Part shown: positions 62,246 through 64,000 of the stretch, piece after piece
How the letters are laid out: every line of letters begins with the position of its first letter
Numbering within the stretch: the stretch's first letter is position 1
Source: an uncultured Bacilli bacterium
Lineage (GTDB): Bacteria; Bacillota_I; Bacilli_A; RF39; UBA660
Direction of reading: 5' to 3'
Assembly: GCA_934098485.1 (NCBI GenBank)
Contig: CAKOOH010000003.1
Location: forward strand, 1,706-65,705
Length of the DNA: 64,000 nucleotides
Notes under the pieces: model-generated
Told to the model about the DNA's origin: nothing
Databases searched by the model: none
Seen by the model: only the letters and a program-made list of their open reading frames with translations
Program-made: the position numbers and the translations under genes

Positions 62246-63660
62246 CTTTGCTTTCTTATATTATTTGTTAAATATTTACTTCTTGTTAAATCGTTTTTCT
62301 TCTTACTTTTTATAAGTGTATCTTTTAAATAAGATAAATCAAATGGTGCGACAGGGAATGTATAGGGAAGAGTAAATGAATAATAAGATGATATACTAAC
62401 AATTAATAAAATAAAGGAAATAGATACTCCGTATAATCCGTAAAATGATGCAAATAATAGAGCAATAAATCTCCAGCATCTAAACGCTCCGGTTAACTCA
62501 ACATTACTAAATATCATTGATGATATAAATGTTAACGATATTATTATTATCATAATGGGGCTTACAATATTAGCACTTACTGCAGCATCACCTAAAATAA
62601 GTGCTCCTAAAATAGAGATAGATGCAGAAAAGGATGAAGGAAATCGTAAATCACTTTCTCTTAACATTTCACAAATAAATAACATAAAAAATGCTTCAAT
62701 CGTAGCCGGAAAGGGGACACCTGCACTTTGCGTTATAAATGATGTAAGTAACGTTGCCGGTATTGTTTCCTGATTAAAATTAACCACCGCTATATAAATT
62801 GCGGGTGTAAAAATAGTTATAAAAAGGCAAATAAAACGTAACGCTTTTAAAATATTAGCGTTAAAACTCGTCAGATAATTATCAGAAATAGGGTTAATAA
62901 AATCAACTAGAACTACTGGTAAAATAATTGCAAAAGGGCATGTATCAACAATTATTACAATTTTGCCTTCCAAAAGAGCCCTCACAATGGCATCTGGTCT
63001 TTCGGTAAGTTTTACTGATGGAAAAAAACTTTTACCTTCCTTAATTAAAAATTGCTTAAGTTCACCTGCATCAATAATTGCCTCAGTATCTATTTTTCTT
63101 AAAAGTTTATCACACTCAATAACTAGTTTATTTTTACAAATATTATCTATATACACCATACCCGTATTAGTACTAGTATATCTTCCTATTTTATATTCTT
63201 TTATTTTTAAATTGTTCGATTTAATTCTTCTTTTAATAAGACCAATATTTTTTTGATAGTTTTCAACAAATGCATCCTTAGCACCATATAAATCTTGTTC
63301 AATTTCCGGTGAAGAAATCGCTCTATCTAAATCTGCTCTTGTTTCTAAAGCATATAATTTATTAAAGTAAACAATTATTGAGTAGCCATTAAAAATATAT
63401 TTTTCAAATTCTGTAATTTTAATCTTTTTTAAATTGGGTCCCGCTAAAATATTATCAATACTAGGTTTATTTACTGGATTAGTTAAATTATCTAAAATAA
63501 AACTATTAACTCTATCACTACTACTAATAGTTTCAATATAATAAATATATACATACCCAAGTTTATACTTTATCTTTCTTACAATTAAATCGGGTGTATC
63601 TTTAAAATTAGATAATACTTTATTTATCGTTTTCATATAATCACATTTTATTATGAGCAT
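62242..63660 (-). CDS. Spore germinant receptor subunit A (GerAA-type)
   Basis: TERPDAIVRALLEGKIVIIVDTCPFAIILP and a C-terminal block of TM helices. Confidence 0.85.
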   Translation of the reverse strand: MLIIKCDYMKTINKVLSNFKDTPDLIVRKIKYKLGYVYIYYIETISSSDRVNSFILDNLTNPVNKPSIDNILAGPNLKKIKITEFEKYIFNGYSIIVYFNKLYALETRADLDRAISSPEIEQDLYGAKDAFVENYQKNIGLIKRRIKSNNLKIKEYKIGRYTSTNTGMVYIDNICKNKLVIECDKLLRKIDTEAIIDAGELKQFLIKEGKSFFPSVKLTERPDAIVRALLEGKIVIIVDTCPFAIILPVVLVDFINPISDNYLTSFNANILKALRFICLFITIFTPAIYIAVVNFNQETIPATLLTSFITQSAGVPFPATIEAFFMLFICEMLRESDLRFPSSFSASISILGALILGDAAVSANIVSPIMIIIISLTFISSMIFSNVELTGAFRCWRFIALLFASFYGLYGVSISFILLIVSISSYYSFTLPYTFPVAPFDLSYLKDTLIKSKKKNDLTRSKYLTNNIRKQR

Positions 63661-63683
63661 TATTTTTGATATTATTTACTCCA

Positions 63684-63709
63684 TAAAAAAATTGCTATTA
63701 AATAGCAAT
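63684..63709 (-). terminator. Terminator of the ABC-F gene (minus strand)
   Basis: On the minus strand: ATTGCTA-tttaa-TAGCAAT followed by T7, starting at the stop codon. Confidence 0.65.
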
Positions 63710-64000
63710 CATTTACTGGTTTCCTCATTTATCATCTCATAATGCATTACAATTTCTCTATCATAATAAACAATTTTCCCACTAGGAAGAAGTAACATTC
63801 TATCAATCTTTAAATTATCTACAAAATCTAAATTATGTGATACTACAAGCATTGTTCCCTCATAATCACTAAAAGTATCTGCAATTATCGATTGTGTCAT
63901 TGGATCTAAATGGTTTGTAGGTTCATCTAATATTAAAGTATTGGCTCCGCTCAAAGAAATCTTAGCAAGTGCCACGCGGCTTCTTTCACCAGGCGATAAT
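63709..64000 (-). CDS. ABC-F-type ATP-binding protein, C-terminal part (continues beyond the window)
   Basis: LSPGERSRVALAKI signature and LILDEPTNHLD Walker B. The frame is open to the window edge. Confidence 0.7.
   Translation of the reverse strand, partial: LSPGERSRVALAKISLSGANTLILDEPTNHLDPMTQSIIADTFSDYEGTMLVVSHNLDFVDNLKIDRMLLLPSGKIVYYDREIVMHYEMINEETSK

Noticed and set aside
60232-63660. Gene order A-C-B in the germinant-receptor operon as an anomaly
   Set aside because: The same A-C-B order is known for the B. subtilis gerK operon, so it is not unusual.

Overview
This is a very A+T-rich window; my hand samples gave about 27-33% G+C in housekeeping genes. It appears to come from an endospore-forming Firmicute (Clostridia- or Erysipelotrichia-like; I cannot place it further by eye). 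Most of it is core chromosome: tsaE-tsaB-rimI-tsaD, pro-sigK, yqeG-yqeH-mutL-ASCH-miaA, nifS-like/thiI, ackA, nrnA, yebC, rimP-nusA-ylxR-infB-rbfA-truB, tdk/tmk, trmB, a T-box leader ahead of dut-tyrS, murT-gatD and ftsA-ftsZ. Sporulation and germination genes are also present (sigK, cse60-like, a SpoVB/MurJ-like flippase, a CotY/Z-like cysteine-rich protein, and a gerA-type A-C-B operon). I found no rRNA or tRNA genes, no CRISPR array and no intact transposase. The most system-like non-core content is a family of four genes encoding proteins with SipW-type '...AY(A/F)(Y/F)F' leaders. Two sit in tandem behind a two-component system and ahead of an ER-type (SipW-like) signal peptidase (18.5-23.1 kb). 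One is an orphan at 3.0 kb. One is a 576-aa multidomain member at 58.5 kb whose last ~150 nt jump to ~59% G+C. Other points worth follow-up:
- a GatD homologue with Gly at the position where I remember the catalytic Cys
- a compact T-box that drives dut before tyrS
- a small dinD islet with a decayed Panacea/SocA-like pseudogene
- an N-domain-only RimP behind an attenuator-like leader
- a paralogous pair of membrane-anchored lytic-transglycosylase-like proteins, one apparently missing its catalytic Glu
- an extremely A+T-rich ABC-transporter cluster
All family assignments come from reading motifs by eye and from memory of reference sequences. No database search was run.
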